Shown: positions 9,044 to 17,147, counted from the stretch's first letter. The stretch: DNA of 55,093 nt from a bacterium BMS3Bbin09 (GCA_002897915.1 BDTS01000098.1:1-55093); one strand, 5' to 3'. Notes: generated from the sequence alone by a model not told the origin. Numbers and translations: made by a program.

Positions 9044-9071
9044 GTAGGGGTTTGATTAATCAAACCCCTAC
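9044..9071 (-). repeat. Perfect 28-bp palindrome GTAGGGGTTTGATTAATCAAACCCCTAC between pheS stop and pheT start
   Basis: Every position checked for self-complementarity. Begins 1 nt after the pheS stop (9073-9075) and ends 13 nt before the pheT ATG. Confidence 0.9.
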
Positions 9072-9072
9072 A

Positions 9073-10089
9073 TTAAAATTGTTTTAAGAACCGCATATCA
9101 TTTTCTGGAAATAATCTTACATCATTAATGCCGTACTTCAGCATGGCCACACGCTCGATCCCGAGGCCGAACGCGAAGCCCGTATATTTGTCGGGGTCGT
9201 ATCCTGCCTTCTCGTAAACTCTTGGATTGATCATGCCCGCACCGAGGATCTCTATCCATCCGGTTGTCTGGCATACATTGCAGCCGGAACCCTTGCATAT
9301 AACACATGATATATCGATCTCGACACTCGGCTCGGTGAAAGGGAAAAAGCTCGGCCTTAATCTTATTGATGTATTAGGACCGAATATCCTGTGGACGACC
9401 AGTTCAAGGATCCCTTTAAGGTCTGTCATCCGTATGTTCTTGTCTACCATGAAGCCTTCGAGTTGATGGAACATTGGAATATGGCTTACGTCCGAGTCAC
9501 ACCTGTAAACCTTGCCCGGCGCGATAACTCTCAGCGGCGGGGCATTCTTTTCCATCACCCGAACCTGTACTGGTGATGTATGTGTCCGCAGAACGACATC
9601 TTCACATATAAAAAAGGTGTCCTGCATGTCACGGGCGGGATGATCTTTCGGGAAATTAAGCGCCTCGAAGTTATAGAAGTCTTCTTCTATTTCCGGGCCC
9701 TCTTCAACAGTGAATCCCAATGATAGAAATATACTGATGATCTCATCGAAAACCAATGTTACGGGATGTAAATGTCCGAACGGAACGGAAGAACCCGGAA
9801 CAGTTACGTCAATGTTTTGGGTCTTGAGGGATATGTCCAGTTCGGACGTCTTGAGGATCGCTTCCTGTTTGTTGAGGAGATCCTGAATATGATTCTTGCA
9901 CTCATTCAGGACTTTGCCAAACTCTTTTTTTTCTTCCCTGGACAGGGCGCCCAGGGTCTTGAGCTGTGTAGTAATAAGGCCTTTTTTGCCTAAATATTTT
10001 ACCTTGAGGTCATGTATGTCTTTCAGGCCGGACGCACTCGCGATCTCTTCCCCGGCTTTACTCTTTATGACATCAAGATCATTGTGCAT
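9073..10089 (-). CDS. pheS: Phenylalanine--tRNA ligase alpha subunit
   Basis: Class II aaRS motifs: [16 protein letters not shown]-like [23 protein letters not shown]. Confidence 0.95.
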   Translation of the reverse strand: MHNDLDVIKSKAGEEIASASGLKDIHDLKVKYLGKKGLITTQLKTLGALSREEKKEFGKVLNECKNHIQDLLNKQEAILKTSELDISLKTQNIDVTVPGSSVPFGHLHPVTLVFDEIISIFLSLGFTVEEGPEIEEDFYNFEALNFPKDHPARDMQDTFFICEDVVLRTHTSPVQVRVMEKNAPPLRVIAPGKVYRCDSDVSHIPMFHQLEGFMVDKNIRMTDLKGILELVVHRIFGPNTSIRLRPSFFPFTEPSVEIDISCVICKGSGCNVCQTTGWIEILGAGMINPRVYEKAGYDPDKYTGFAFGLGIERVAMLKYGINDVRLFPENDMRFLKQF

Positions 10090-10438
10090 TCCCTTTTTTT
10101 ACCGTTTCTACAAGGTTGGTGAAGCCCTTCGGGTCGTTGTAGGCGAGGTCTGCCAGCGCCTTTCTGTTTAACTGAATGTCCATGTTCTTGAGTTTGTTCA
10201 TGAACTGGCTATAGCTCATGCCCATTGCCCTTACAGCAGCGTTGATCCTTACGATCCAGAGAGACCTGAACTCTCTCTTCTTGATCCTTCTGTCCTTGTA
10301 GGCATGCAGAAGCGCCTTATCAACGGCCTGTGTAGCAACTTTATACAGTTTACTTCTCGCTCCGTAAAAGCCTTTTGCCAACTTAAGGACTTTCTTCCTT
10401 CTTCTTCTTGTCTTAAATCCACCTCTAACTCTTGGCAT
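10079..10438 (-). CDS. rplT: 50S ribosomal protein L20
   Basis: [29 protein letters not shown] is the canonical L20 N-terminus. Overlaps the pheS start by 11 nt. Confidence 0.95.
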   Translation of the reverse strand: MPRVRGGFKTRRRRKKVLKLAKGFYGARSKLYKVATQAVDKALLHAYKDRRIKKREFRSLWIVRINAAVRAMGMSYSQFMNKLKNMDIQLNRKALADLAYNDPKGFTNLVETVKKGNAQ

Positions 10439-10480
10439 TTATATATCCTCCTGAAATATCTTGTTTCTAAATAACGATAA

Positions 10481-10509
10481 ATTATACATTATATTAACTT
10501 TTTTTGGAA
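10481..10509 (-). promoter_or_regulatory. Candidate internal sigma70-type promoter for rplT-pheST (TTCCAA-N17-TATAAT)
   Basis: Minus strand reads TTCCAA (10504-10509), a 17-nt spacer, then TATAAT (10481-10486). This is followed by a ~40-nt leader with AGGAGG before the rplT ATG. Confidence 0.35.
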
Positions 10510-10653
10510 TAGCATATAGAAAGATCCTGAAAAAATAAATAGTTGCCAATAATCCGCATTCCAGGCGGATTGCCCCTTATTCGGCCATATTGATTCGCAA
10601 GTAATTATACTGGTATCAGAAATATACCGGATAAGACGTTAGCAGGACTTATT

Positions 10654-10848
10654 CTAATAAGGTAGAAGCTTGTTGATCGCATCAAGATTCGTCTTGTGAA
10701 CCAATCCGCTCTTTCTCAGCAATTTTGTACTCTTAGAGGATAAGTGCGTAAGATTGTGACTCATGTAAGCCTTACTTCTCTTAATCTTACCTGTCCCTGT
10801 CTTCTTGAACCTCTTTGCTGCGCCTCTGTGTGTTTTAATCTTCGGCAT
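10654..10848 (-). CDS. rpmI: 50S ribosomal protein L35
   Basis: [24 protein letters not shown] is the canonical L35 sequence. Confidence 0.95.
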   Translation of the reverse strand: MPKIKTHRGAAKRFKKTGTGKIKRSKAYMSHNLTHLSSKSTKLLRKSGLVHKTNLDAINKLLPY

Positions 10849-10923
10849 TGTATCTTATCTCCCATTGTAACTTTCATATATAGCGAGTAATTATAATAAA
10901 AGCGACATATTTATAGCAAATAT

Positions 10924-11433
10924 TTATTTTTTCTTATCTGTACCTGGTACAAGTATGATTATCATACGGTTGCCTTCCATCTTTGCCTGCTGTATCACAG
11001 TGGCAATGTCCGCCAATTCTTCAATGATCTTGTCAAGTACCTTTCGCCCGATCGACTTGTAGACTATCTCCCTGCCCCTGAAAAACATCGTTACCTTTAC
11101 CCTGTGTCCTTCACCCAGGAACTTCCTGGCATTATTCATCTTAAAGTTAAGATCGTGTTCATCGGTCTGCGGCCGCACCTTTACTTCTTTTAATGAGACT
11201 GTTTTTTGTTTCGTGGTGCTCTTTGCCTGTTGGTATTTATATTTACCATAGTCCATTATTTTGCAAACAGGAGGTCTCTCATTAGGTGCTACTTCAACAA
11301 GATCAAGGTCTTTGTCTACAGCATGTTTTCTGGCCTGATGTATATTCAAGACTCCGAGCTGTGTACCGTCATCATCTATTACTGAAACTTCCTTTGCTCT
11401 GATACGCCTGTTTATCCTAGTCTCTCTGCTTAT
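10924..11433 (-). CDS. infC: Translation initiation factor IF-3 with a probable non-canonical ATA start
   Basis: The ORF-track version starts mid-domain. The in-frame upstream sequence reads (ATA)SRETRINRRIRAKEVSVIDDDGTQLGVLNIHQA, the conserved IF3 N-domain. AGGAGG (11439-11444) lies 5 nt upstream of the ATA (11431-11433). There is no in-frame ATG/GTG/TTG upstream. Confidence 0.8.
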   Translation of the reverse strand: MSRETRINRRIRAKEVSVIDDDGTQLGVLNIHQARKHAVDKDLDLVEVAPNERPPVCKIMDYGKYKYQQAKSTTKQKTVSLKEVKVRPQTDEHDLNFKMNNARKFLGEGHRVKVTMFFRGREIVYKSIGRKVLDKIIEELADIATVIQQAKMEGNRMIIILVPGTDKKK

Positions 11434-11435
11434 AA

Positions 11436-13193
11436 CTACCTCCTGTTTAAGATCTCATCTTTGAGGAGAGCCGCGAATTGATCCAACGGCATTTCCCCAA
11501 TCGATGTTCCGTCTTTCTTTCTGATGTTAATGGTATTATTAGTCACTTCACTGTCCCCTATTATACACATATAGGGTGTTTTTAGGAGAGTGGCCTTTCT
11601 GACTTTATAGCCCATTTTTTCGTTGCTGGCGTCAATGTCCACTCTTATGCCATCTTTTAATAATGTATCCATAATCCCCTGGGCGTAGTCTGTGTGTTTG
11701 TCCGAGATGGGCAGTACAGTGACCTGCACTGGAGTGAGCCATAACGGGAATGCCCCGGCATAATGTTCGATCAGCACGCCGAAGAACCTCTCGAGCGAAC
11801 CCATAAGGGCCCGGTGTATCATAATGGGTCTGTGCTCCTGGCTGTCAGCCCCCCTGTATTCGATGTCCAGCCGTTCAGGGATATTGAAGTCTACCTGTAT
11901 CGTGCTGCATTGCCACTGCCTACCGAGGGTGTCCCTGACCTTGATATCGATCTTTGGTCCGTAGAAAACCCCTTCCCCGGGATCTACTTCATATTTAAGG
12001 TTTTTGCTCTTTAGGGCCTTTTCAAGGGCATCGGTCGATTTTTTCCAACCTTCCTCTGATCCGACAAATTTATCGGGCCTTGTCGAAAGGTAGATATCAT
12101 ACTCACTGAAGCCAAATGTCTTGAGAACAAAGAGGGTAAAATCAAGGACCTTCAGCACCTCTTCCTCGATCTGGTCCTCCCTGCAGAATATATGCGCGTC
12201 GTCCTGCGTAAAGCCCCTGACCCTTAATAACCCGTGAAGCACACCCGAACGCTCATAGCGGTAAACCGTTCCGAGCTCGGCATAACGCAGTGGAAGTTCT
12301 CTGTAACTCCTGAGATGGCTCTTGAAGATAGCAACATGGAACGGACAGTTCATTGGCTTTATCTCATAGTCCTGTCCCTCCACTTCCATAGGTGAGTACA
12401 TATTCTCTTTATAGAAATCGAGATGGCCGGTCTTTTTCCAGAGGTCCAGCTTGGCCATATGTGGTGTGTAAAGTATCTGGTATCCAGCCTTTACATGTTC
12501 GTCTGTCCAGAAGTTCTCTATTATCCTCCTGATAGCAGCGCCCCTTGGGTGCCAGAGCACAAGTCCCGGTCCGATATCTTCGTTTAGGCTGAACAGGTCA
12601 AGTTCTTTGCCGAGGCGCCTGTGATCCCTCTTCTTGACCTCTTCGAGGAAATCGAGGTGTTTCTTCAGGTCGTCCTTTGTGAGGAACGCAGTACCATAAA
12701 TGCGCTGGAGCATCTTATTCTTTTCGTCACCACGCCAGTATGCACCGGCAACAGAGAGAAGCTTGAATGCCTTGACCCTTTTTGTATGCTCAAGGTGCGG
12801 CCCTCTGCAAAGATCGACGAAATCACCTTCCTCATAAATAGTGATGGACTTCTCGTCCAGTTCGTTTATAAGTTCGACCTTATAAATCTCTCCCATTTCG
12901 CTGAAGAGCTTCAGCGCCTCTTCTTTCGGCAGTTCCTTTTGCACAAAAGGGTTCTTGGCCTTGATGATCTCTTTCATTTTCTTCTCGATCACCTTCAGGT
13001 CATCCTCGGTTATGGTGTGTTCGCTGTCAATGTCGTAGTAGAAGCCGTCTGCTATGGCCGGACCGATGGCAAATTTTGTGCCGGGGTAAAGCTCTTTAAT
13101 TGCGTGGGCCATAATGTGGGAGACACTATGGCGGTATGTCTCAAGAACTTCTTTGTCGTTTACTTCTTCGCTGTTAATACTGCTACCTCCCAA
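11436..13193 (-). CDS. thrS: Threonine--tRNA ligase, short form without the N-terminal TGS domain
   Basis: Editing-domain HSVSHIMAHA near the N-terminus, class II core, C-terminal anticodon-binding domain. TTG start with GGGAGG-like context. Only ~80 nt separate it from the upstream tRNA. Confidence 0.9.
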   Translation of the reverse strand: MGGSSINSEEVNDKEVLETYRHSVSHIMAHAIKELYPGTKFAIGPAIADGFYYDIDSEHTITEDDLKVIEKKMKEIIKAKNPFVQKELPKEEALKLFSEMGEIYKVELINELDEKSITIYEEGDFVDLCRGPHLEHTKRVKAFKLLSVAGAYWRGDEKNKMLQRIYGTAFLTKDDLKKHLDFLEEVKKRDHRRLGKELDLFSLNEDIGPGLVLWHPRGAAIRRIIENFWTDEHVKAGYQILYTPHMAKLDLWKKTGHLDFYKENMYSPMEVEGQDYEIKPMNCPFHVAIFKSHLRSYRELPLRYAELGTVYRYERSGVLHGLLRVRGFTQDDAHIFCREDQIEEEVLKVLDFTLFVLKTFGFSEYDIYLSTRPDKFVGSEEGWKKSTDALEKALKSKNLKYEVDPGEGVFYGPKIDIKVRDTLGRQWQCSTIQVDFNIPERLDIEYRGADSQEHRPIMIHRALMGSLERFFGVLIEHYAGAFPLWLTPVQVTVLPISDKHTDYAQGIMDTLLKDGIRVDIDASNEKMGYKVRKATLLKTPYMCIIGDSEVTNNTINIRKKDGTSIGEMPLDQFAALLKDEILNRR

Positions 13194-13268
13194 ATTAGCT
13201 GTCAGCTTTCGGCTGTCAGTTAAAAAGATTCTTCAGCTAAAAGCTGATTGCTGATAGCTGAAGACTTT
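13194..13268 (-). repeat. REP-like block of GCTGACAG / TCAGCT / GCTGATAGCTGAA motifs with alternative hairpins
   Basis: CTTCAGCT (13231-13238) can pair with either AGCTGA (13242-13247) or AGCTGAAG (13256-13263). On the transcribed minus strand the hairpin is followed by aatcttttt. The 13-mer GCTGATAGCTGAA recurs at 33360-33372. Confidence 0.5.
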
Positions 13269-13276
13269 TGTATTTA

Positions 13277-13351
13277 TGGTAGGCACGAGTGGTTTCGAAC
13301 CACCGACCTCTTCCGTGTCAGGGAAGCGCTCTCCCCCTGAGCTACGCGCCT
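13277..13351 (-). tRNA. tRNA-Val (anticodon GAC), CCA encoded
   Basis: Manual cloverleaf: AGGCGCG-TA-GCTC-AGGGGGA-GAGC-G-CTTCC-CTGACAC-GGAAG-AGGTC-GGTGG-TTCGAAA-CCACT-CGTGCCT-A-CCA. Confidence 0.9.
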
Positions 13352-13407
13352 TTTGACATTACATACAATTATAGTAAAGAAAATAGTATAGAAAATTGGC
13401 ATCTTTG

Positions 13408-14214
13408 TCAAGACACACGCGGTTTTCTGCTATTCAGGATATCCTTTATTTTCAGTCTGCCGCTGCAAGGTTTGATCTCATTGATCAGGACCGGTTCTTT
13501 CTGGAGATATTTTATCAGCTCCTTGACCTCTCCGCCTGTAATAAAGAACACACGTCCGCCGTAAGATATCCCTCGTTTCTTGATACGGGGGAGTCTTATA
13601 TAGCCGTGTGCGCGTGTGGCTATGTAACCGGTCGTATAATTCGGATCGTCCGAGATGCATAACTCTCCGAGCACCATCCGGTATTTGTGGACCTTGCTTG
13701 CGAGGATAAGAGCTTCCTTTACAGTGTCGTTGTTGAGGCTGTGCCTTGTTAGCTTTCTCGAAAGATCAGCCGAAGCCTTCTTTGTTATTCCCATCCTTGT
13801 TACGCGAACACCGCGCAAAAGGTCCGGTTCGAGCCTTACGCCTTCAATGTCCATTAATATGGCGCCCCTCATCGTGATGCCGACGGTCAGGGCCTTAAAT
13901 GCTTCTTCTATGGCCCGCTCTGTTATGCCGACTGATGAGAGTATCCTGGTGGCAGCCCTTTTAGCGGACTCGGGGTCCCTTGTGTTAATGGTACTGAGGG
14001 GGAGTGTAGATATTCTGTGGACCTTTTCCTTTAACTCTTCTACAGTGAGGCGTATCTCGTCCGCCCTTCCCTTCTCATGCGTAAGCGCCCTCGTTGTATA
14101 CTGCTGGACGATCTTTTTGACGTCGTCTTTTTCATATATGCCCTCGGCGCCCGAAACGTGCTCTCCTGTCCTGACCGATTGCATCCTTATGCTGTAATAC
14201 TTTATACGAGGCAT
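13408..14214 (-). CDS. bioW: 6-carboxyhexanoate--CoA ligase (pimeloyl-CoA synthetase)
   Basis: YSIRMQS...HVSGAE N-terminus and ELCISDDPNYTTGYIA...GGRVFFI match the BioW family. Adjacent to bioB. Confidence 0.85.
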   Translation of the reverse strand: MPRIKYYSIRMQSVRTGEHVSGAEGIYEKDDVKKIVQQYTTRALTHEKGRADEIRLTVEELKEKVHRISTLPLSTINTRDPESAKRAATRILSSVGITERAIEEAFKALTVGITMRGAILMDIEGVRLEPDLLRGVRVTRMGITKKASADLSRKLTRHSLNNDTVKEALILASKVHKYRMVLGELCISDDPNYTTGYIATRAHGYIRLPRIKKRGISYGGRVFFITGGEVKELIKYLQKEPVLINEIKPCSGRLKIKDILNSRKPRVS

Positions 14215-15173
14215 TATAATACAAGCCCTATGTCTTTTATCATCTTGAGGTCGTCTTCGGGCCTTCTCCCCGTTGTTGTCAGGTAATTGCCGAGCAGCAG
14301 GCCGTCTGCACCGGCGTTAAATATAAGTGAGTTCATGTCTCCGAGTGTCAGGCTCCTGCCCCCGCATACTCTTACCTCAGACTTCGGGAGAATGAGCCTG
14401 TAGATAGCGATGATCTTCAGGGCCTCGAGCGGATCAAGCAGCTCATTATTACCAAGCGGTGTGCCAGTTACAGGTGTGAAGAAATTGATCGGGACAGAGT
14501 CAACGCCGATCTCCTTCAGAGCAAAGGCCATGTCGATACGGTCCTCCCATGATTCACCAAGGCCGAATATCCCGCCGCTGCATATTGAGAGTCCCTCTGA
14601 CTTAACGGCCCCAATGGTCTTGATCTTGTCCCGGTAAGTATGGGTGGTGCATATCTCACTGAAAAAGGCCTCGGAGGTCTCGAGGTTGTGGTGGTATCTG
14701 TTAAGACCCGCGTCCTTAAGCTGTCTCAGTTCCTGTGCATCGAGCATGCCGAGTGTGGCACAGGGCAGGAATCCCATTTCCCTCAATTCGGATACAAAGT
14801 CGCATATCTCGTCCAGTTCCACAGCTGAAGGCTTCTTGCCGCTCGTCACAACACAGAAGCGCTTGACACCGTACTTCTTTGATACAGCCGCTGCTTCGAG
14901 TATCTTTTTCTTATTCATGAGAGGATAAATACTGGTGTCGGTCTTGCTGTGCGCTGACTGGGCGCAGAAGGAGCAGTCCTCCGGGCACGCGCCGGATTTG
15001 GCGTTTATGATCGAGCAAAGATCGACAATATTGCCCCTGTGTTTGTCCCTTATCCTGTTCGCAAGAGCAAAGAGATCGTATGTCTCAGCGCCTGTTTTCT
15101 TTGAAAAAATAAGGGCGGAATCCCTGTCGATCCCCTGTTCGTATTTTGTTGCATCCTTCTCTGTAATTGGCAT
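14214..15173 (-). CDS. bioB: Biotin synthase
   Basis: Radical SAM CPEDCSFCAQS, YHHNLETS, CSGGIFGLGES. Confidence 0.95.
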   Translation of the reverse strand: MPITEKDATKYEQGIDRDSALIFSKKTGAETYDLFALANRIRDKHRGNIVDLCSIINAKSGACPEDCSFCAQSAHSKTDTSIYPLMNKKKILEAAAVSKKYGVKRFCVVTSGKKPSAVELDEICDFVSELREMGFLPCATLGMLDAQELRQLKDAGLNRYHHNLETSEAFFSEICTTHTYRDKIKTIGAVKSEGLSICSGGIFGLGESWEDRIDMAFALKEIGVDSVPINFFTPVTGTPLGNNELLDPLEALKIIAIYRLILPKSEVRVCGGRSLTLGDMNSLIFNAGADGLLLGNYLTTTGRRPEDDLKMIKDIGLVL

Positions 15174-15183
15174 GGGTTATTAT

Positions 15184-15212
15184 TATACCACGGGCATAAG
15201 TTTCGTTTGAAT
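15184..15212 (-). repeat. Repeat family copy A (short form): TATACCACGGGCATAAGTTTCGTTTGAAT on the + strand
   Basis: The first 18 nt are identical to copies C and D. The minus strand reads CTTATGCCCGTGGTATAATaataacccATG, where the ATG is the bioB start. Confidence 0.7.
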
Positions 15213-15279
15213 AATTGAAAGGCAGACGTTGAGTTTACATTGTAATTACGTGTGGATATGTATGATTAGTTAATGTAGA

Positions 15280-15564
15280 TTACCAGCCGTATGTAACGCT
15301 GAAGTGGCTGTATTCACCAGTATAGTCCGAGCATTTCTCGTCTATTTCCGAGACACTTGCGCCGGGAGGACCCTGTCTGCACCACTCGACGGCCACTCCG
15401 ATATTTTCTGTGGGGCCCTCAAAAACTGCCTCGACACTGCCGTCCGGCAGGTTCCTGACCCAGCCTTTCAGGCCGAGGTTTATGGCTGTCGCCTGCGTGC
15501 TCGCCCGGTAAAAAACACCCTGGACCCTGCCCTTGATAACTAAATGTACCCTGCTCTGTTCCAT
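15280..15564 (-). CDS. acyP: Acylphosphatase
   Basis: VHLVIKGRVQGVFYRASTQ...GWVRNLPDGSVE is the acylphosphatase signature. ATG at 15564 gives a typical ~94-aa length. Confidence 0.85.
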   Translation of the reverse strand: MEQSRVHLVIKGRVQGVFYRASTQATAINLGLKGWVRNLPDGSVEAVFEGPTENIGVAVEWCRQGPPGASVSEIDEKCSDYTGEYSHFSVTYGW

Positions 15565-15625
15565 TATTATTCCCTGTCTATGATATATCATGACATTGTT
15601 TTTATATATCATGTCTGTGTCATAG

Positions 15626-15648
15626 TAAGTCATATTCCATATGACTTA
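15626..15648. promoter_or_regulatory. Candidate operator: 10-3-10 perfect inverted repeat TAAGTCATAT-tcc-ATATGACTTA in the acyP / flavodiiron divergent region
   Basis: All 10 arm positions checked. The nearby 10-nt direct repeat ATATATCATG occurs at 15583-15592 and 15604-15613 (21-nt phasing). Confidence 0.35.
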
Positions 15649-15757
15649 TATCATAAAATAATTTTTTAGGAAATAATATCATAAATAGTCTTATGGGTTG
15701 AACACACTGTTTTTTATTGCTACAATTGAATTTAATATCTTTTTTATGGAGGCAAAT

Positions 15758-16975
15758 ATGAAATCCGTAGAAATAAAACCGGACATACACTGGATCGGAG
15801 CGATCGACTGGGCTATAAGAGACTTTCACGGATATGTAACGCCCGACGGGACTACGTATAACAACTATCTCATTATGGATGAACAGATCACCCTTGTTGA
15901 TACGGTAAAGGACGATTTCGCCTGGATCACCATTGATAACATAAAGCACCTCACGGACCCGTCAAAGATCGCAAATATAGTCATCAACCACATAGAGCCT
16001 GACCATGCGAGCGGCCTGGACAAGGTTATGTCGCTCATGCCAGACGTAAATATCTACATAAGTGAAAAAGGCAAAAAGGGGCTGGAGAGAGTCTTTGACA
16101 CCTCAAAGTGGAAATTCAATGTGGTCAAGACAGGCGATATCCTTAATACCGGCAAGTACAACCTGCTCTTCCTCGAGACCCCGATGCTCCACTGGCCCGA
16201 CTCGATGATGACGTATGTAAAGGAAGCGAAGCTCCTCATTTCACAGGACGCCTTCGGACAGCATCTTGCCACTGCATCGAGATTCGACGATGAATTCATG
16301 GAATGCTCCTCTATGGCGAAGCTCGATGACGCTGTTGTGGATTACTACGCGAATATCCTGATGCCTTTTGGCAATCTAATTGAAAAAAAGATAGCGGACG
16401 TTCAGGCCCTCGGGCTTGAAATTGACATGATAGCACCTGACCACGGAGTTATATGGAGAAAAGGCGCCGGGGAGATCCTTCAGAGATATCTGGATTTGGC
16501 CGGTGGAAAGGCTGATCTCTCAGTCTCAATTATCTACGACACTATGTGGCACAGCACCGAGCGGATGACGCTCCCGATAATGGAGGGGATCAAGGACGAA
16601 GGTGTCGGCTGTAATGTTATCAAATTGAGGGCCACCCCCATGAATGTGGCCATTAAGGAATTCTGGAAATCGCGCGGCTGTCTGATAGGCAGCCCTACCC
16701 TCAATAATATGCTGTACCCTTCTGTGGCCGAGTTTCTTTATCATTTGAGGGGCCTGAGGCCGAAGAACCGCATTGCCGGTGCATTCGGAAGCTACGGCTG
16801 GGGAGGAGGAGCGGTTAGGGCGGCCTATGAAGAACTCAACAAAATGAAGCTCAAGACATATGAGCCGGGAGTCCAGGTGATCTACAAGCCTTCTAAGGAA
16901 GATGAGCTGAGCTGTTATGAGTTTGGGAAGGAGTTTGCCCGTAAGGTCAAAGATTATCACAAGAACTTTAAATAA
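15758..16975 (+). CDS. fprA: Flavodiiron protein (FprA/ROO type, MBL-like diiron domain plus flavodoxin domain)
   Basis: HWIGAIDW...TTYNNYLI, NHIEPDHASG diiron ligands, C-terminal flavodoxin-like AGAFGSYGWGG. GGAGG lies 5 nt before the ATG at 15758. Confidence 0.85.
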   Translation: MKSVEIKPDIHWIGAIDWAIRDFHGYVTPDGTTYNNYLIMDEQITLVDTVKDDFAWITIDNIKHLTDPSKIANIVINHIEPDHASGLDKVMSLMPDVNIYISEKGKKGLERVFDTSKWKFNVVKTGDILNTGKYNLLFLETPMLHWPDSMMTYVKEAKLLISQDAFGQHLATASRFDDEFMECSSMAKLDDAVVDYYANILMPFGNLIEKKIADVQALGLEIDMIAPDHGVIWRKGAGEILQRYLDLAGGKADLSVSIIYDTMWHSTERMTLPIMEGIKDEGVGCNVIKLRATPMNVAIKEFWKSRGCLIGSPTLNNMLYPSVAEFLYHLRGLRPKNRIAGAFGSYGWGGGAVRAAYEELNKMKLKTYEPGVQVIYKPSKEDELSCYEFGKEFARKVKDYHKNFK

Positions 16976-16981
16976 CAGCTA

Positions 16982-17012
16982 TTGACATATAAATATACAG
17001 TACTTGTATAAT
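16982..17012 (+). promoter_or_regulatory. Weak candidate promoter TTGACA-N19-TATAAT
   Basis: Consensus hexamers, but the 19-nt spacer is long. Lies ~135 nt upstream of the NifU-like ORF. Confidence 0.2.
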
Positions 17013-17147
17013 ATAAAGATTATTTTGTAATAAGCTTTTAATTGTTGCAGAATTAAACAATGCTTTGACTGAAAAGATACTATTCTTTAAATATATGGAT
17101 AAAAACATATTCCACGCATTAATACATAAGTATCACTTAGAATAACC

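Noticed and set aside
9031-9063. N-terminal extensions proposed by the ORF track for several genes: pheT TTG 9063, ADH GTG 51408, acyP 15633, fprA 15698, trmL 47360, rubrerythrins 20515 and 21386, cytochrome 20880.
   Set aside because: In each case an internal ATG gives the canonical family N-terminus. In most cases a good SD precedes it. The extensions run through palindromes, repeats or AT-rich promoter DNA.
13194-13276. T-box or other riboswitch upstream of thrS. TPP, biotin, glycine or SAM-type leaders were also looked for upstream of thiE, bioB and glyA.
   Set aside because: The spacers are too short (39-106 nt). I could not see the specifier/T-box sequence or any conserved riboswitch core. 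This cannot be excluded without covariance-model scans.
15234-15245. Possible BirA operator upstream of bioB (TTTACATTGTAA, containing a TGTAAAC-like half-site on the minus strand).
   Set aside because: Only one half-site is present. No matching GTTTACA partner lies at the expected 14-16-nt spacing.
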